Positions 60,521 to 64,000 of a DNA stretch of 64,000 nt are shown in pieces. The stretch comes from Psammoneis japonica. Taxonomy: Eukaryota. The stretch lies in the NCBI GenBank assembly GCA_008632985.1, contig QPGO01000068.1, positions 124,001-188,000 of the forward strand. The letters are read 5' to 3'. Positions within the stretch are counted from its first letter, which is position 1; every line of letters begins with the position of its first letter. Below the pieces are notes generated by a model. The model saw only the letters and a list, made by a program, of their open reading frames with translations, did not search any database and was not told the DNA's origin. Position numbers and translations under genes: made by a program.

Positions 60521-62620
60521 ATGGAAACCGGGGCACCGTCAACTTCGCGACTGCGCATATTGACAGTTGGAGATGGTGATTTGACGCTTTCTCTCGCCTT
60601 ATCACGAGCTTATGGGAGTGATCAAATTGATCTAATAGCATCGACTCTCTGTTCGTCGCATCAAGAGCTCTGTCATACCTATGAGAATGCTAAAGATGTT
60701 GTGGTCGAGTTGGCGCAGCGTCATGTACCCGTTCGTTATGGAGTCGATGCCACTCAGCTGCATGGGACCATGAAACCTGATGGAACTTTCGATATTATTG
60801 TTTTCTTTCATCCACACCTCGGGTATTCTTCACTGCTTGAAAAGAGGAACGACGACATGCATGCAGAACGTCATTTTATATTGTTAGCACACTACTTAAA
60901 ATCCGCACAATCGCGCTTGAAACCAGACGGATCAATTCATTTATGCTTGTGCGGTACGCAACCCCAGACATGGCGTGTTTTTGAGGCTGCTGAACGTCAG
61001 GGTTTAGTATTGCGATCGACGGTGTCGACGACTTGCCCTCCACACACAACATGGCTATCACGTGGAACGGAAACCTCACAAAACCATGACGAACCTTTAA
61101 CGCTGAAACCGGTTGAGGCGCATTTTTCTGCGCCGAGAAAATTCAGAAACGGGAAACTTGGATCGAAGCACTACTTGGGAAAATACGGCTACATGCATAG
61201 ACGTAACCACGGACGAGGAGATACATATGCTGGGAATCAGGTGGATACGAATGTGAACGGGTCCGTACATCTTATTTTCACTCGTTCTGATCATCAGCAG
61301 GACAGGGAAACAATTCCGAGGCACGAGAGCTTCACTTGCAGCATTTGTGGGAAAAGCTTCCAGAATAATGACCAGCTTGAGCTTCACAAACTTGCTCCTG
61401 CCCTTCCAGACGCCTTGGAGAGCTCTGTCATCGAAGAAACCGAAGCAAATGGTAGTCGTTCGTCTCTCGATGTCAAAAAGGGAGGATTTCAGGATGCAAA
61501 ACGCGCTTCTCAAAATGAGGATAATGGATCATGTCCGAAGCGTCTTCATAGCGAAGTAGGGCACGCTGAAGTGGCGGTTCCGAGTAGACTTGTGAATGAC
61601 AACGACATTGTGCGAGAAACGCTCACTGTCGGAGCACCCAATGATGGAAAGCGACTTCGGTGGTACTTGCGCCAGCCCTCCGTCACAGATCTGAAGTTAT
61701 CCAGAAAGCAATGCGATGATTTGATTGCAAGAGGTAGGGTCGCAGTAAACGGTCGTATTGTTTTCGATTCGGGTCGTGTCCTTCACACTGGAGACGCTGT
61801 GTCAATAATAGAAGAAGATGAAGCAGAGACAGCTGTTGCTAAAGGCGAACTAGCAAAAACCAAAGTGTTTGTGGTTCGTGAGTTGAAGGAAGGGGGGAAT
61901 AGCCTCCTGGTGGTCTTCAAGCCGGTAGGGATGCGAACGATTGGGAATTTCTCATCGCAAACATTGGAGATGACTGTGTCACGTGCAAGGGGTGGCCACC
62001 ATTACAGGAGTATATCGAAGTTGGATACTGGTTGTTCTGGGCTATGCGTCTTACAAGAAATGCCATGCATTGAAAAGACCGAGTCTATAGTTGTTACGCA
62101 TGTATTTACGGCCCTTGTACATGGAACACCACCACAGACTGGGACCGAGTCGCCCATCATTCTACAACTGCAGAAAACTAGAAAATGGAGAAATCGTGGA
62201 CAAGCTGTTGATTCGGAAAAGTCGAACAGCACTGACAATGATAAAGGCAATTCTCATTGCCCTGCGACAAACGAGCCAGAGACGATCTGCATCGAATGCA
62301 CTGAGCAAACCAACTGCAACGGCGCTGCGGAGCTATCTAGTCTGAGGATTACAACCAGCTCAAACTCCTCCGGTCTTTGCAACGCCATCTGCTATCAACT
62401 AAGAAAGCTCGGGCACCCAGTAGTGAATGACCGACTATGTCAAAAAGAGTTCATGGCGTTGCCTCGACCTATTCGGAATACAATAAAGAAAAAGCTTTGC
62501 ATCGGATGCTTCCATGTTGAGATTTCAATCGGTAGCAAAGCGGTGGTCCCTATTTCAATTAATTGTCCAGACCGGTTGAGTGCCTTATTTTGGGAAAAGC
62601 AGCTTTTGGTTAAGCGATAG
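60521..62620 (+). CDS. DUF2431 (Bmt5/Bmt6-like rRNA methyltransferase) + C2H2 finger + S4 + RluA-like pseudouridine synthase fusion
   Basis: ILTVGDGDLTLSLAL, GVDAT, FDIIVFFHPH; CSICGKSF..QLELH; S4-like LSRKQCDDLIARGRVAVNG; KPVG, KLDTGCSGL, LGHPVVND. Confidence 0.8.
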   Translation: METGAPSTSRLRILTVGDGDLTLSLALSRAYGSDQIDLIASTLCSSHQELCHTYENAKDVVVELAQRHVPVRYGVDATQLHGTMKPDGTFDIIVFFHPHLGYSSLLEKRNDDMHAERHFILLAHYLKSAQSRLKPDGSIHLCLCGTQPQTWRVFEAAERQGLVLRSTVSTTCPPHTTWLSRGTETSQNHDEPLTLKPVEAHFSAPRKFRNGKLGSKHYLGKYGYMHRRNHGRGDTYAGNQVDTNVNGSVHLIFTRSDHQQDRETIPRHESFTCSICGKSFQNNDQLELHKLAPALPDALESSVIEETEANGSRSSLDVKKGGFQDAKRASQNEDNGSCPKRLHSEVGHAEVAVPSRLVNDNDIVRETLTVGAPNDGKRLRWYLRQPSVTDLKLSRKQCDDLIARGRVAVNGRIVFDSGRVLHTGDAVSIIEEDEAETAVAKGELAKTKVFVVRELKEGGNSLLVVFKPVGMRTIGNFSSQTLEMTVSRARGGHHYRSISKLDTGCSGLCVLQEMPCIEKTESIVVTHVFTALVHGTPPQTGTESPIILQLQKTRKWRNRGQAVDSEKSNSTDNDKGNSHCPATNEPETICIECTEQTNCNGAAELSSLRITTSSNSSGLCNAICYQLRKLGHPVVNDRLCQKEFMALPRPIRNTIKKKLCIGCFHVEISIGSKAVVPISINCPDRLSALFWEKQLLVKR

Positions 62621-63539
62621 GCCTGTTCCTTTCCCATTGTACATTATTGAAAATGTATGAATGCACCTTTTACGTTTCAATTTTCATGATTTTGTCTCTT
62701 GTCGTCCTCTGCCCCCTGTGCCCCGCTGTTGTTTTGTTTCTGTTTGTTTTTTCTTTAGCATTTCAATCTGACTCTTCAAGTCTGCATTTTCCTTAAAAGA
62801 GCATCACATTGACAGTTGATTCTGTGCCGAGGTTGCGTGTACATAATCAATGGCGTCAGCAGGCCTTTCCGGTTCTTCAAACAATCCAACCATAACTTCG
62901 TCAAGGCATCCATCAGACCTGACTCTTGAGGTATTTTCTAAATTCATGCTTCTTTACTTCAGTCTAAGAAAGAGCGTGCAAATACATGAGGTACTACGCC
63001 GTTCATTGGGAGAGGGGGGGAGTCGGCTTTTTCAATGCGGCAAGATCATTTTCAGTTTCAACTTGAGACTCCGCCATTGTAAGTCCTACCTGATTTCGAT
63101 TATTCGAGGACATTATTGATTACCAGTCCTACAAAGAACTTGAATCGGAACTGAAAGACTTTATCGAAAGCGGGTCTGGGCGGCAATAACATTAGCATAA
63201 CGACTGCTACTCTGTTAGGAAGAACTAACAGCCAGTGTATGGTCAGTGGTGATGGTGCATGGTTTTTGCGACAGGGTTAGGGTTGTGTGCTTTTGTCAGG
63301 AACTGGCAATTCTATCACAAACAATTATGAATATAAGTCATTGCGCTTGGATGGAGTTTCGCTGGTACTATTTCTACGTATTGCTACGGAAAAAAGAAAA
63401 ATCGACAACGCAACGCAACGCAACGGGGGCACGGAGCGTTGACGGGAGTTGGGACGGGATCTTGAGATCGAGAAAGAAACAAAACGCAACATCGCAACAC
63501 GACTTGAGTTATTCAGAAGTCGTCTCCACAAGAAGTCAA

Positions 63540-64000
63540 AAGAGCAAGAAAACAGATGGCTATCGGCTGAAAAGCGTTCGGTATCAGGTAAGTTCAAGGT
63601 GGTGTGTTGCTTGCGATTTTATAGTGCCGTTTGATCATTTCTTGTAACACCCTGCTTTTTTTTCTTGCGTTGATTTTCGTAGGCGTCGGATCGTAACATT
63701 CTGTTGCAAAATGAAAACGGACCTTGCCCTTTGTTAGCTGCAGCCAATGCCCTGTTGCTGCGGGGAGCCATTTCTCTTCCACCGGAATGCATTCGAACAC
63801 GCGTTGCTAGCATTGAGGACGTGGTAAATGTTTGGCAGAGCGTTGTCTTGGAGTTGAGGACAGCGAGCACAGCCAACACCACTTGAATGAGTTGCTTTCT
63901 ATATTTCCAAAATTGCAATATGGAATGGACGTCAATCCGAAATTTACCGGCAGGACCTACTGGAGTCGAATACACATCCAATCTTACTGCGTTTGATTTA
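63540..64000 (+). CDS. MINDY-1/2 (DUF544) deubiquitinase, 5' part
   Basis: YRLKSVRYQ, intron 63588-63682, QNENGPCPLLAAANALLL, then GMDVNPKF after a 1-nt frameshift near 63832; start unresolved; runs off the window. Confidence 0.8.

Noticed and set aside
62700..63300. Possible short gene between the DUF2431 fusion and MINDY
   Set aside because: Only short ORFs without recognisable motifs; cannot be supported.

Overview
Eukaryotic (stramenopile, most likely diatom) genomic DNA. Compact host genes occupy ~1.6-18 kb, 29-32 kb and 58.9-64 kb: a lectin-like membrane protein, an ABC-F ATPase, a SET-like protein, a GluTR-binding/HugZ-like plastid protein, three secretory-type PP2Cs, a Fringe-like GT/FAM20 kinase fusion, a nucleotide-sugar transporter, a DUF2431-S4-pseudouridine-synthase-like fusion and a MINDY deubiquitinase. 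Two transposon blocks interrupt them: an inverted Ty3/Gypsy composite that splits a fatty-acid-hydroxylase gene (18.2-28.0 kb), and a 26-kb nest of Gypsy elements, MITEs and a pogo-like relic (32.3-58.4 kb). The main result is a repeat-directed hypermutation signature running opposite to fungal RIP: TpA is converted to TpG/CpA, i.e. A>G on either strand, preferring 5'-TAY. It is directly visible by aligning mutated and unmutated copies inside this window, spreads into flanking host sequence, is separable from CpG decay, and appears to inactivate elements by Tyr>Cys/His missense without creating stop codons. All counts are manual. Several single-base frameshifts in host genes suggest residual assembly indels, so raw-read validation is needed.
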